Shown: positions 1 to 11,914 of the stretch, piece after piece
How the letters are laid out: each line of letters opens with the position of its first letter
Position numbering within the stretch: the first letter of the stretch is position 1
DNA from: Chiloscyllium plagiosum
Lineage: Eukaryota
NCBI RefSeq assembly: GCF_004010195.1
Contig: NC_057747.1
Coordinates: 9,445,879-9,509,878, forward strand
DNA length: 64,000 nucleotides
Direction: 5' to 3'
Program-made: the position numbers and the translations under genes
The notes under the pieces: generated by a model
Databases searched by the model: none
Told to the model about the DNA's origin: nothing
What the model saw: the letters and a program-made list of their open reading frames with translations, nothing else

Positions 1-114
1 CGTTTCTCATGTAGATGTGAGGTCAATGATTGCAGGATAAAACAACAGAGAAATCAGACAGAGTTACTATAAGCTAATCCTGATCATTGGTGCTGTTGGT
101 AATTCCAATGAGCT

Positions 115-352
115 GTTTGGGTCTGAGGTGAGGAGAAACCACTTCGCACATAGGGGTTATGAATGTTTGGAATTCTCTACCACAAATGGTCATGGATGCT
201 TTATTTTTGAATATGTATAACCCTCAGATGGACTTTTGGTCTCTCAGGGAAGCAAGGAATATGTGGAATGAGGGTTTGAAACCAAAGATTAGCCAGAACC
301 GTATTGAATGATGGCCCAGGCTCGATGGGCTGGATGTCAACTCCCCTTCCTC
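115..352 (+). mobile_element. Old CR1-clade LINE 3' end remnant
   Basis: Decayed match to the CR1 end motif (gaggtgaggagaaaccacttcgcacataggggttatgaatgtttggaattctct, RRNxFxxRVxNxWNSL) followed by a 3' UTR like those at 33255-33685 and 60825-61030. Confidence 0.55.
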
Positions 353-895
353 TTCATTGGATTTTTAGGCTCTGATGTGTGTGGCATAAGGCATTTCATT
401 TGTATGCTGTTAATATCGGTTATTTTAGAGTTTGGATTCTGAACTAGTGGCATGTAGAATTTGGTCTAAGTATATGAAGGGGTAACTTGCCAGCATTTCT
501 GTAACCTGATTTTTTTATACTAGAGTGAGTCCCTGGGGTGATAATGGGAATTTGTCTGTAATATGAGAATTTTATAGTGGCAAAGATTAATGTTGAAAGG
601 AATATGCTCACTTGCAGTTTAGAAAATTGGGGATGGAGTTTATTTTTGGCTTAGGGTAGTGTCCCATAGCTTACAAAATCTTTTGGTCAGTTTGAAGAAG
701 TACTCAGTTAAGTTATAAGTAGGAAACCGTGTCTCCTGCAGAAAGGAGGTACAAAATAGATTGCCTCAGTGTAAGGATTTTAGTTCGAAATTACAGATGA
801 GGGCTAAATGGTTAGAAGGCTGAAGGGATTATTTGAGGTTGAGAGATACTAAGCTCTGATTGTATGTAATTAAAGAGCTTGTCAAGCTTTCAATA

Positions 896-1231
896 TAGGT
901 ACACAATCCTTTGTCTGAAATTCTGAAATCCGAAAACTTCCGAAATCCGAAATTCTTTTCGTGGAGTGTGGAGTGTCATTTTGGCGTGCAAAGGGGTGAC
1001 CCAACTCCACACGCACTTGAACCACATCACTCAGATGTGATGTGGCAGCATGGCCCAACACGGGCAGGCATCATTGTGTCTTTTAGCTCGTACTATTCAC
1101 ACATGTGTCTGCCGTTAGGCAATATTTTTATTATTTCACTGTGAAAATGTCATTTATTCCGAAATCCAAAAAATACCAAATTCCAAAAAACAACTGGCCC
1201 TAAGGATTTTGGATAAAGCGATGTGTATCTG
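896..1231. mobile_element. Tc1/mariner Tigger-like MITE
   Basis: Imperfect ~28-bp TIRs (taggtacacaatcctttgtctgaaattc / ggattttggataaagcgatgtgtatctg), TA on both flanks (894-895, 1232-1233), internal ccgaaat repeats reminiscent of Tigger4/MER46. Confidence 0.7.
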
Positions 1232-1586
1232 TACTGGGATTTGAAGGAAAGTTAATCTCTACCCATGGATGCGACACAGCGGGAATTCTCTCTGATGTTT
1301 GAGTACGGGTAAAGTGAAGGTGTTGGGATAGATGGGATTTTACTTTTAACTGCATGTTTCAAAATCTTTCCAATTGTGTTATGTGTGAATACCTTTACTT
1401 CATTTATCTTCGATATAAATGTATATTTTATTGTTAAGACAAAATCTGCAGCATTGCATATATGTGTTTCAGTCAATAACCGACTTATGAAATAAAGAAA
1501 ATCTATCAATCCAGGACTCAATCAGGGATTTGGCTTTCCCAGAGCTGGGATCATAATATGGGGAATATTCTTTTCAGATTACAGAA

Positions 1587-2525
1587 CGTAGGAGGTATAG
1601 TTAGTAATTTTACAGATGACATGAAAATTGGAGGTGTAGTGGACAGCGAAGAAGGTTATCTCAGAGTGCAACAGGATCTTGATCAGATGGGCCAATGGGC
1701 TGAGGGATGGCAGACGGAGTTTAATTTAGATAAATGTGAGGTGCTGCATTTTGAAAAGGCAAATCAGGGCAGGACTTATACAGTTAATGATAAGGTCCTG
1801 GGGAATGTTGCTGAACAAAGACACCTTGGAGTTCAGGTTCACAGTTCCTTGAAAGTGAAGTCGCAGTTAGATAGGACAGTGAGGAAAGTGTTTGTTATGC
1901 TTTCCTGGATTGGTCAGAGCATTGAGTATAGAGGTTGGGAGGTCATGGTACTGCTGTACAGGATGTTGGTTAGGCCTCTGTTGGAATATTGCGTGCAATT
2001 TTGGTCTCCCTCCAATCAGAAGGATGTTGTAAAACTTCAAAGGGCTCAGAAAAGATTTACAAGGGTGTTGCTAGGGTTGGAGGATTTGAGCTATAGGGAC
2101 AGGCTGAATAGGCTGGGGCTGTTTGCCTTGGACCATTAGCGGCTGAGGGGTGACCTTATAGAAGTTTATAAAATCATGAGGAGCATAGATAGGATAAATA
2201 GACAAGGTCTTTTCCCTGGGGTGGGGGGGGAGTCCAGAACTAGAGGGCATAGGTTTAGGGTCAGAGGGAAAAAATTTAAATGGACCTGAGGGACATTTTC
2301 ACACAAAGGGTGGTGCAAGTAATGGAATGAGGAAGTGGTGGAGGCTGGTACAATTACAACATTTAAAAGGCATCTGGATGGGTATATGAATAGGAAGGGT
2401 TTAGAAGAATATGGGCCAAGTACAGGCAAATGGGACTAGATTAGTTTTGGATATCTGGGCAGCATGGACGAGTTGTACCGAAGGGCCTGTTTCCATGCTG
2501 TACATCTCTATGACTCCATGACTCT
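1587..2525 (+). mobile_element. HER1/CR1-clade LINE, 5'-truncated (RT C-terminus, 3' UTR, ctatgact-type tail)
   Basis: ORF 1558-2139 contains FTDDMKIGG, FNLDKCEVLHF, LVRPLLEYCVQFWSP; premature stop; ends in tandem ctatgact/ccatgact repeats. Confidence 0.92.
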
Positions 2526-2532
2526 GAATTGA

Positions 2533-2781
2533 TACAGTGTGGAAACAGGCCATTTGGCCCCTCAAGTCCACACCAAGTCTCTGAAGAGCATCCCACCTAG
2601 ACCCATACTCCTACCCTATCCCTGTATTTCCTCCGACCAATCCACCTAACCTGCACAGCGGAAGAAAACCAGAGCACCCAGCAGAAATGTGAAGAACGTG
2701 CAAACTCCACACAGACAGTCACCTGAACCCAGGTCCCTTGTGCTATGAGGCAGCAGTGCTACCCATTGAGCCATGGTGCCA
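2533..2781 (-). mobile_element. HE1-type tRNA-derived SINE
   Basis: Reverse complement of ggcac..tggctcaatgg.tagcactgctgcctca head, gtgactgtctgtgtggagtttgcac body and LINE-like tail. Confidence 0.85.
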
Positions 2782-3696
2782 ACTACAGCTCAGTAGCTGC
2801 TTAATTTATACTATTATATTAACATTGCAAGATGTACTTTTAAAAGTCTTGTGATTTCACCGTAGTGATAAAATTGAAGGCATGTGTCGATTGGAATTTT
2901 TAACATACTCATGTCTATTTTAACACTTGTTTCTTCTTTGTGCCAAAACAATGATGGCTTCAGGCTCTGATGTGCTCAAGCCTTATGGATGTATGTGAGC
3001 ATTCATACTTTCCGGAACTTCAGCAGCCCAGAAATGTACTATATAAGCATTTCAACTGGTCATAATATTTCTGCCTCAACTGATAAATTCTAGGCCGGAC
3101 CTATTTAAAAGCTTTCGGCGCAGCTGAATACATCGGGTAAAATTCCAGGTGATAATTTTACAAAGTATTCAAGACAGGAAGTCAAACCTTATCCAAAGCA
3201 AGGAATTCAACCGCGCTAGGTTTTGAAGAATTTGGACCAGAATCTTCCCCAAGACCCTGAACAATCTGGGCGCTGCTGAGAAAGGTGGAAAAATCGTGTA
3301 AAATGTCCAGCAAAGAGTTTCTTAACATGGAAAGAAAATATCTCGAAAATTCTAACTAATGATAGGATGAGATTCTTGTCAGTGAGTGGCAGTTTGTATG
3401 CACCAACATCTCATCATTAGTTAATCACACCTCATTTCTGTGCATTTTCTCTTTTGTCCATCTGCCGGTTGGAAAGGAGTTGGTGCCAATTCCTGATTTG
3501 AAAGTCAGAGCAGTAACCTGGTGATTCCAGCTCACTGCTTGCTCCTCTAAACCTCTACCAATTACCACCATCATGGGGCACAGTCCATGGCCTGTGACCC
3601 AATGCACTCCATGTCCATTAGACATGACATCGGATATGTATCAACCCAACTGCACTCTCAGGACATTTCTTCAATCCACTTATAATATGGTTTTGT

Positions 3697-3799
3697 GTTG
3701 TTTGTGTGTGTGTGTGTGTGTGTCAGGGGGAGAGTGTGTGTTTGTGCGTGTGTGGGGATAGTATGTGTGTGTTTGACTGTGTGGGTGTTTGTGTGTGGG
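3697..3799. repeat. (GT)n microsatellite, partly degenerate
   Basis: Pure TG run at about 3703-3723 with degenerate GT-rich flanks. Confidence 0.8.
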
Positions 3800-4429
3800 C
3801 CCTCTTTGTTTGTCTTCTAAGGAAAGGCTAGGCTTGTGTGCAGTGGGTTAGATTTATATTTATATTTATGTATTGTCACATGTATATAAAAAGATAGTGA
3901 AAAGTGTTTTCTCAGGAACGGAAAACAGTGTCCACATGCTCCAGCAAGATCTTGACACACTGAATATAGTACAAGATTTTACAGCAATAGAGGTCATCCT
4001 TGACCCTTCTTCTTGTTTGTCCTCTGCTTGCTGCTTGACACTGGCCGGGCGTCTATGTACCGGGGTCCCGGGTCTTGGTTACCGGTCTGCCTCAGCTGGT
4101 CGCTGCCATTACCACATGTGCCGCGTCCAGGTTGGAGCCATGGGCTTGGTCTATTGCCTCCTGCTGCCCCTCCAATGCTCCTTCAGATGCTGCCACCGGT
4201 CGTTGGTCGCTGGGGTCCTAGCTCTGGGCTACACCACCGCCTAAGCTGAAGCCTTAGAGCAAGAGCCAGAGCTGGATCCGGCCATGGATCTTGACTTGGG
4301 CATGGCCCGGCCCTAACCCACTCCCCTGCGGAAGGAAAAAGCTGGGGAAAGACTGTGAAGCCACCACAGCACTGAGTGGTGAAGCTGTGTGAGATGATGT
4401 GGATGCTACTGGCTTCACTGTATGGTGCC

Positions 4430-5144
4430 TGTTATGGACCAAGCCAGACCCCCCTCAAAACATTTTAAAAAAATACACCACACCCTAACTTTGCCAGTTG
4501 TTTTAAGCAGGTGTAAAGTGGATGCAGCTAGTCGAACCACTTAGATTTAATCAAAACAGAATATTTACAAGATTACTGAATGAAACACAAACAGAAGAGA
4601 ACAGAATATAGAATAACTTAACCTCTCGGAAAACCCAACAGACTATGCCAACTTAATGATGCTGTTCCAAATTCGTGCAACATTCCCAATAAATACCCCT
4701 TGGCACAAAAGGTAAAATCAAACACAGGGTCATACAGGGGAGATGTCAGAGACAGATGATCACGGACCTACTTCTTTGGGTCCAGCAGCTTTTACAATGA
4801 CTGACTGCTTTCAGTGAACAGCCAAACTGTTACAAACCAAACCAAACCAGAGAAAAGAAGAAAGTGCGATTCCTGATTAAGGGCTAATGCCTGAAATGTT
4901 GATTCTCCTGCTTCTCGGATGCTGTCTGACCTGCTGTGCACTTCCAGCAACACACTCTCAAACCAGAGAAAAGCTGAGCTGGGAAAACTGGCCACTCCTC
5001 TTTCATTGTGTAAGTGTTTTTGTTAAACTTGAAAGCCTTGTGACTGAGGTCATATCTGTTAGCTATAATCAAGTTAGTCCTAAAACCCTTCAAACCTTTT
5101 GGAATCACTACTTTTTTGAAGAAAAAGCCAAGGTCAGCATAACT
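4430..5144 (-). mobile_element. Solo LTR-like element
   Basis: Termini tgttatg...cataac(t); shares segments with 20251-20868 and 61842-62468; TSD not recognisable. Confidence 0.55.
4858..4959. mobile_element. Penelope-derived mini-element with degenerate hammerhead core
   Basis: 14-bp TSD aaaccagagaaaag (4844-4857, 4960-4973); ctgattaagggctaatgcctgaaatgtt at 4873. Confidence 0.8.
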
Positions 5145-5689
5145 TTGTTCAAGGTACAGTATCATTACATGCCCATGAATGGCCAAGTCCCAGAATGAGG
5201 AGCCCATGGCTGCCATCTTGGAATATAGAACAGTTAAATGAGAGTGCATTAAAGCATATAAAATCCAGTTGGGTTCTTGGAAGGGTGGATGCAGAAAAGG
5301 TATTTCCTCTCGCATGATAATAAGAAGTTACATATTTAAGTGAGAAATTATGAAAAAATATTTAAAAGATGGTGGTGAGTCTTTGAAACGTTCCTCCTTA
5401 AAAAGCGGATGGTCAATTTTGCAGATTTGTAAGCCTGAGGGAAATAGGTTTGAGACAAGCAAGGGCTGTGAAAGTTATTGGAAGAATTTGAATAGTCATG
5501 ATCATATCCAGCAGGTTTGAGGAACTGACTGACCTAATCCTGCTCCCCATTGTTGGTATGGTTGTGCAACATGCTAATGAGACACAATAATACCATCATA
5601 GGAAATGATGCAATGTCACATGATCTTACCCTTCTTTGCAGTGACAGATGTCTTCTTAGCAGGATAAGAATTTTAAAACATCGTGCCAT

Positions 5690-6671
5690 TTTCGCATTCT
5701 GTCAATCTGGCATTTTTGCATTTTATGTACTCTAATTCTTGCATTCTTGCATTCTGCCCTTTGGTCATGGTTGCATTCTTGCATTCTGTCATTTGATCAG
5801 AATGGCAGAATGGAACATCATGCAAGAATGCAAAAATAACTTGATCTAAGATAGCAAGTATGCAACATTGCAAATCATGCAAGAAATTAAGAAGGCAAAA
5901 ATAAAAATAAATGCAAGGGTACAAAATGACATCATGCAAGAATGCTCAAATGATAGAATGCACAAATTAGAGTACATAAAATTCAAAAATGCAAACGTGC
6001 CAGAATGACAGAATGCGAAAATGACATTACGCAAAAGTAACAAAATACAAGAAGGAAACAAGAAAGCTAGGATAACTGAAGGCAAGAATGCAAAAATAAC
6101 AAGCATGACAATTAATAGAGCAAGAAAGTCCTAAGGACAGAATGGAAGACTGACAGTGTGCAAGAATGCAACAATGCAAAAAAAAATGCAAGAATGCAAA
6201 AAAATAACAAGAATGACAGATTGGAAGGATGCAAAGTTACAGATATGCAGGATGGCAGAATGGAAGTGTACAAAAATGACAGGCTGCGAGATTGCAAGTA
6301 TGCAACATTGCAAAGCATGCAAGAATATAAGAATGCAAAAATAACAAAATGCAAGAGTGCAAAATGACTTAATGCAAGAATGGCAGAATGGAACAGAATG
6401 CAATAATGCAACAATTAGAATGACAGAATGCAAGAATTCAAAATTACAAATTTGTAAGAATGACAGAATGGAAGAGAATACAAGAGTGTAAAAATGACAG
6501 ATTTCAAGAATGCAACTAGGCAATACATACAAGAATGCAAAATTACAAGTATACGAGAATGACAGAATGGAACAGAATGCAGGAATGCGAAATGACATGC
6601 TGCAAGATTGCAAGTATGCAACTTTGCAGAACATGCAAGAAAGCAAGAAAGCAAAATTACAAATATGCAAC
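5690..6671. repeat. Complex degenerate satellite built on an ~8-bp unit (atgcaaga/agaatgca), with an inverted 5' block
   Basis: ttcttgca units at about 5690-5790 switch to tgcaagaa units after about 5798; higher-order block gcaagtatgcaac recurs near 5853, 6294 and 6610. Confidence 0.85.
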
Positions 6672-6885
6672 AATGTGTCTTGTTTATTTTGTGCTTAATT
6701 GAGAGGACCCATTCTCTTCTTTTCGCATCATAATTTACTTCATTGCACTTTCTTTTTTCTCTTTCTCCAGCATTAACAACCCCTTTGCCTTTGACACTAT
6801 CTCCACACTTTGCTTTTCCTCCACCTCTGTCCAAAGTATCAAAAAAAAGTTTTTCAACATCTTTAAGTTCTGAAGAAGATTAATA

Positions 6886-7195
6886 GAGTCATAAAGCAGG
6901 GAAACACACCCTTCGGTTAAACTCATTCACACTGACTAGAATCCACTCTGACCTAGTCCAATTTCCCAGCATTTGGCCCATATCCCTCTAAACCCTTCCT
7001 ATTCATATAGCCTTCAGGTGTCTTTTAAATTTGTAACTGTGCCTGCATTCACCACTTCCTCTGGCAGCTCCTTCCATGCACATTCCACCCTCTGCATGAA
7101 AAAATTACTCCTCGGGTCCTTTTTGAATCTTTCCCCTCTCACCTTAAACCTATGTCCTCTAGCTTTGGAATCTCCCAACCTGGGGAAAAAGACCA
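6886..7195 (-). mobile_element. HER1/CR1 LINE 3' fragment
   Basis: Minus ORF 7014-7208 RGHRFKVRGERFKKDPRSNFFMQRVECAWKELPEEVV; tail at left. Confidence 0.88.
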
Positions 7196-7444
7196 TGGTT
7201 AGAGTCATTTTGGACTTGAAATGTTAATCCCGTTCCTCTTTCCACAGATGCTTCAAAACCTGCCGAGTTTCTCCAGATTTCCAATTTCCATAGTATTTCA
7301 CTTTTATTTGAGTGATTAACCTCAGTGATCCCATGATGGAGAGGGTAGTGATCTATGAAGGTTTGTGCTCCAGTCTGTATTTGATTGCTCTGTTGGAATG
7401 TGCACAAGGTTACTCACATGAAATAAAAGGAGACCTAGCCATGT

Positions 7445-8493
7445 GTAGAAGTCAGAGGCTGATGGTGGAGAGGGGCCTTTCATACTGGAGGTCTGTGACC
7501 AATGGTGTGTCACAAGGATCGGTGCTGGGTCCACTACTTTTTGTCTTTTATATAAATGGTTTGGAGGTGAGCATAGGAGGTATCGTTAATAAGTTTGCAG
7601 ATTATACCAAAATTGACGGTGTAGTGGACGGTGAAGAAGGTTACCTCAGATTACAACAGGACCTTGATCAGATGGGCCATTGGACTGAGCTGTGGCAGAT
7701 GGAGTTTAATTGAGATGAATGCGAGGTGTTACATTTTGGAAAGACAAATCAGGGCAGAACCTATACACCGAATGGTGAGGTCCTGGGGAGCGTTGTTGTA
7801 CAAAGAGACCTTGAAACAAATAGTTCCTTGAAAATGGAGTCACAGGTAGATAGGATAATGAGAAAGACGTTTGGTATGCTTGCCTTTATTGGTCATTCCA
7901 TTGAGCACAGGAGTTGGGAGGTCATGTTGCAGCTGTACAGGACATTGGTTAGGCCCCTTTTGGAATACTTGTGCAATTCTGATCTCCCTACTTTAGGAAG
8001 GATGTTGTGAAACTTTAAAGGGTTCAGGAAAGATTGACAAGGGTGTTGCCAGAGTTGGAGGATTTGTACTATAGGGAGAGACTGAATAGGGGACTGTTTT
8101 CCCTGAAGCATCAGATGCCGAGGGATGACCTTATAGAGGTTTATAAAATCATGTGGGGCATAGATAGGATAAATAGGCAAGGTCCTTTCCCTGGGGTGGG
8201 GAAGTCCAGAACTAGAGGGCATAGGTTTAAGGTGAGGGGGGAAAGATTTAAAAAGGACCTAAGGGGCAGCTTTTTCATGCAGTACGTGTATGGAATGAGC
8301 TGCCAGAGGAAGTGGTGGAGGCTGGTACAATTACAACATTTAAAAGGCATTTGGATGGGCATGTGGGTCAGAAGGGTTTAGAGGGATATGGGCCAAATGC
8401 TGGCAAATTGAACTAGATTAATTTAGGATATCTGGACGGCATGGATGAGTTGGACTGAAGAGTCTGTTTCTGCGCTGTACAGCTCTATGACTC
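7445..8493 (+). mobile_element. HER1/CR1 LINE, 5'-truncated RT pseudogene
   Basis: WRSVTNGVSQGSVLGPLLFVFYIN...KFADYTKI in ORF 7312-7713, continued with stops and frameshifts in 7726-8010 and 8034-8381; ctatgact tail. Confidence 0.93.
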
Positions 8494-8668
8494 GAAATGG
8501 ATATCTGGTGAGAAGATTGAGGTTATTCACCACATGGTTAAAAAGTGATATCATTCATTGTATGAAAAAGAGAAACTGCTCTGATAAGGTACAAGGGAAC
8601 AGTGGTGTCTGGTGGAACAATTGTTTTCTAGCATGAGGCGAAAATAAGTAAGAATTATTTATTTTCTT

Positions 8669-8802
8669 TGAGCTTTGACAAAGGGTCAGTTAGACTCGAA
8701 ATGTCAGCTCTTTTCTCTCCTTACAGATGCTGCCAGACCTGCTGAGAGTTTCCAGCATTTTCTCTTTTGGTTTCAGATTCTAGCATCCGCAGTAATTTGC
8801 TT
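8669..8802 (+). mobile_element. Penelope-derived mini-element (variant B), degenerate hammerhead core
   Basis: 14-bp TSD ttatttattttctt (8655-8668, 8803-8816); ttgacaaagggtcagttagactcgaaatgtc then gatgctgccagacctgctga. Confidence 0.7.
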
Positions 8803-9692
8803 TTATTTATTTTCTTCCTCGTTTCATGCTGGTGTTCTGGCACTGACCATCTTTCGCAAGTGTTATGAAATGAAGACGGACACCTGAGCCAAATCAGCCT
8901 TTCTAACTCTGTCTACGTAACACAGTAAAATTAAAACCTTCAAAGACCCTCAAAATTGACACTGATAGTTTCTACCCAACTTTTGAATTAACGAATCCCA
9001 GACTGTGCAAAAAATTAATTCTTGACACCAGTTTGTCACTTAATTATAATACAGTAAATTTAGCAGGGCAGAGCTAAACAACAAATTGATCCAATTGACA
9101 TCCTTGTTTAAATCCAATAACCTTATTTTTACAACCCCATTCACACAAAGACAGACAAACAAACACGTTAAGAGATTAGTAAGAGAAAATAACAAAACTG
9201 GTCAGATTATTTCAATGGTTTTCATGATGCATTGTTCCACAGGCATAAATGATTGTTTGTTAGTTGATTTTCTGAACATGGCTTCCATCAGGATCACATT
9301 TTCTGCTCACTCATAGGGAATTAGTCATTTTTTAGCTTAGTTTCTATTCGCTGAGCTTCTATTAGCTGATAATAGGAGATTAAACAGGGAGCTTTCAAAC
9401 CATCATGCTGTTACCTCAACAGTTAAACTCTTTCTCCCAGAAAGCATAGTCCAAATCCCAGTTCAAAACTCTGACTTCTCCCTGTCCCAGCTGTTACTCA
9501 ATATCTAACATCTGCTTGAGTCTCTCCCAGACTTGCTGGAACCAGTTCCCAGGTACTGACCTTATTGATGGCCATCATCTGTTTCAACATTACTGCTCTG
9601 CCCAGTGTCAAAGCATCTGTAGAGTTGATTGATCGAGACCCAACCTTCAGTTAACTTACAGGCCTGGCCTCGAAACAAGCCACAATTTGTTT

Positions 9693-10469
9693 TGATTCGG
9701 AGATGCCAGTGTTGGACTGGGGTGTACAAAGTTAAAAATCACACAACACCAGGTTATAGTGCAACAGGTTTAATTGGAAGCACACTAGCTTTCGGAGCGA
9801 CGCTCCTTCATCAGGTGATTGTGGAGGGCTTGATCGTAACACAGAATTTATAGCAAAAATTTGCAGTGTGATGTAACTGAAATTATACATTGAAGAATTG
9901 ATTGTCTGTTAAGCCTTTCATCTGTTAGAATACAGTGACATTTTCACTTCTTTCATGTGTAAATCACAAAACCCTTTTTTTTAAAGTTGCATTCTCGGGT
10001 TAGCTTTTAACAATGGTGATAGCTAGACAATATGTTGAAGGTGTTAGCCCCCTGTGTTCTCTGTCTATGACCTGATGTTTAGATAGATTCCAATCTAAAA
10101 AGTGAAATAACAGAGTTTTACATAAATTGATGCAGTTTTTGAGCTCAGAGTTCGACATGAATCTATGTGGTTTTTGAGCAAAGTGCAATGTAACTTTGTA
10201 CCAAAAGAATTCACCAGCCACTTTCCTCTGCTGCCTGTCCCGAAGTCCACCTTGGAGGATGGTCACCCGAAGGTCCGAGGCTGAATGTCCTGGACCACTG
10301 AAGTGTTCCCCAACTGGGAAGGAACACTCCTGTCTGTTGATTGTTGTGCGGTGCCCATTCATCCGTTGTCGTAGCCTTTGCTCAGTTTCCCCAATGTACC
10401 ATGCCTCTGGGCATCCCTGCCTGTAATGTATAAGATAGACAATGTTGGCTGAGTCACATGAGTACCTGC
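9693..10469 (-). mobile_element. Penelope-like element fragment: GIY-YIG endonuclease piece plus terminal repeat
   Basis: Minus ORF 10000-10509: SCDSANIVYLI..CPEAWYIGETEQRLRQRMNGHR..VGEHF; 10-bp TSD caatttgttt (9683-9692, 10470-10479). Confidence 0.9.
9783..9817 (-). ncRNA. Minimal type I hammerhead ribozyme motif
   Basis: Minus strand CAC-CUGAUGA-A-GGAGC(GUC)GCUCC-GAAA-G-CUA-GUG: intact core, 5-bp stem II, CAC/GUG stem I, palindromic AGCU in place of stem III. Activity untested. Confidence 0.75.
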
Positions 10470-11281
10470 CAATTTGTTTGCTCTGCTTTCTTTTTAAGCT
10501 GCAGCCCACAGTCCAAAGGTCATTTTAAGCTCCCAGTTCTCAATTCACAGCTCCAAACCAGAAAAAAATACATTAAAAGTGATGAAACATCAGTGAAAGT
10601 TCCAACAAGTATCTTGCCCAAGCAAGAGGTACCCTTAGGTTGCCCACAGACACCAGTGGGAGGAAGCTATTTGATCATAACAGGCATCACAGCCAAATGT
10701 ACTCTAGGCTGATGATATGGCTGGAGCAACGGGTGTTCAGCAAATGCTTAGGAGCAAGGAATCTTTCTAAATTATGTGTGTGATGGGTTGGGGGAGGTGG
10801 GGTTGCATATTGCATTGTCAGGGCCATAAAACGCTTCACTTGAGTTCAGGTAATTCAGCACAGACCTGAGCTGCTCCTGATCCATGATATTCAGTTCCGC
10901 ACAGGGCAGCTCATTATAGTAACCGGGCCAACAGAGAGCTGTAAACACTGCCTTTTTAAACGGGGATTGAAATCCAAGCTCGTCCACTCCCCCCCCCCCC
11001 AAAAAAAGTCACATTTGGGCATTGTGAGAAATGATTAAGACCATGTGTGACAAATTGGCACATGACTCATGTAGGCAATTACTTCCATGCCTTTGCAAGT
11101 TATGATAATCTGCTGACAATAGTGTATAATTCACAAGTTATTTTAGTGTGCTACACCTCCCTTCATCAGACACAAAAATGCATTTGCCTCTCAAACGCCA
11201 GGCAGCTAATTTTATGTTTCAGGAATCATTTTGATTGAAAATAAATCTGTGAGAGAGCAATTCCTAAAGGACATGCCTTTG

Positions 11282-11612
11282 GATGGCACAGTAGCTCTGT
11301 GGGTTAGTACTGCTGGGACCTGGGTTCGATTCCAGCCTAAGGTGACTGTCTGTGTCGCGTTTGCGCATTATCCTCTTGTCCGTGTGGGTTTCCTGCTTCG
11401 GTTTCCTCCCACAGTGCAAAGTTATGCAGGTTAGGTGGATTGGTCATACTAAATTGTCCCATAGTTGCCTGGGGATTTGTAGTTTAGGTGGATTAGCCAT
11501 GGGAAATGCAGGATTACAAGGATAGGGTAAGGGGTTGGGCTGATCTTTGGAGGGTTGGTGTGGTCTCGATAGGCTGAATGCCCTGCTTCCACTCTGTACG
11601 GATTCTATGATT
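11282..11612 (+). mobile_element. HE1-type SINE
   Basis: A/B-box head (ggcacagtagctctgtggg, gggttcgattcc), central body, attctatgattct tail. Confidence 0.85.
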
Positions 11613-11914
11613 CTAAATGTTAGCACAGCTGTGAGTCTTGGTAATGGATAGAGCTCATCACAACAACAGCTACCTACTGTGCCTCTAATATAATAAACAT
11701 CTCATGGTGCTCCACAGGTAAATTCAGAAGGCAGAATAAACCCCCAAGTCAGATTAAGAGATAAAACCAAAAGCTGAATCAAAGAGGTGGGTTTTATTGA
11801 ATGGATTAAAGAAGGATGATTAGGTAGAAAGACATGGAAAGGTGTAGGAAGGGAGTTGTAGGCAACTGAAGATGCAACCAGCAATGTTGGAATTATCAAA
11901 AGTGGTTAAAATTA

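Larger units (their letters stand above)
3855..5222 (-). mobile_element. Putative Rex1/Babar-related non-autonomous retroposon, split by a solo LTR
   Basis: Minus strand begins ccaagatggcagcc (~5222) and ends catgtgacaata plus AT-rich tail (~3855); same architecture as 50119-50970. Confidence 0.4.

Noticed and set aside
556-1558. Possible old solo LTR (tgtaatatg...gggatcataata) hosting the MITE
   Set aside because: Ends are decayed, there is no TSD and no second copy in the window; too weak to call.
1558-2139. 193-aa ORF as a host gene
   Set aside because: It is a truncated CR1/HER1 RT fragment repeated several times in the window.
5673-6834. Cluster of Phe/Leu/Cys-rich or Lys/Met-rich ORFs
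   Set aside because: Translation artefacts of the 8-bp satellite.
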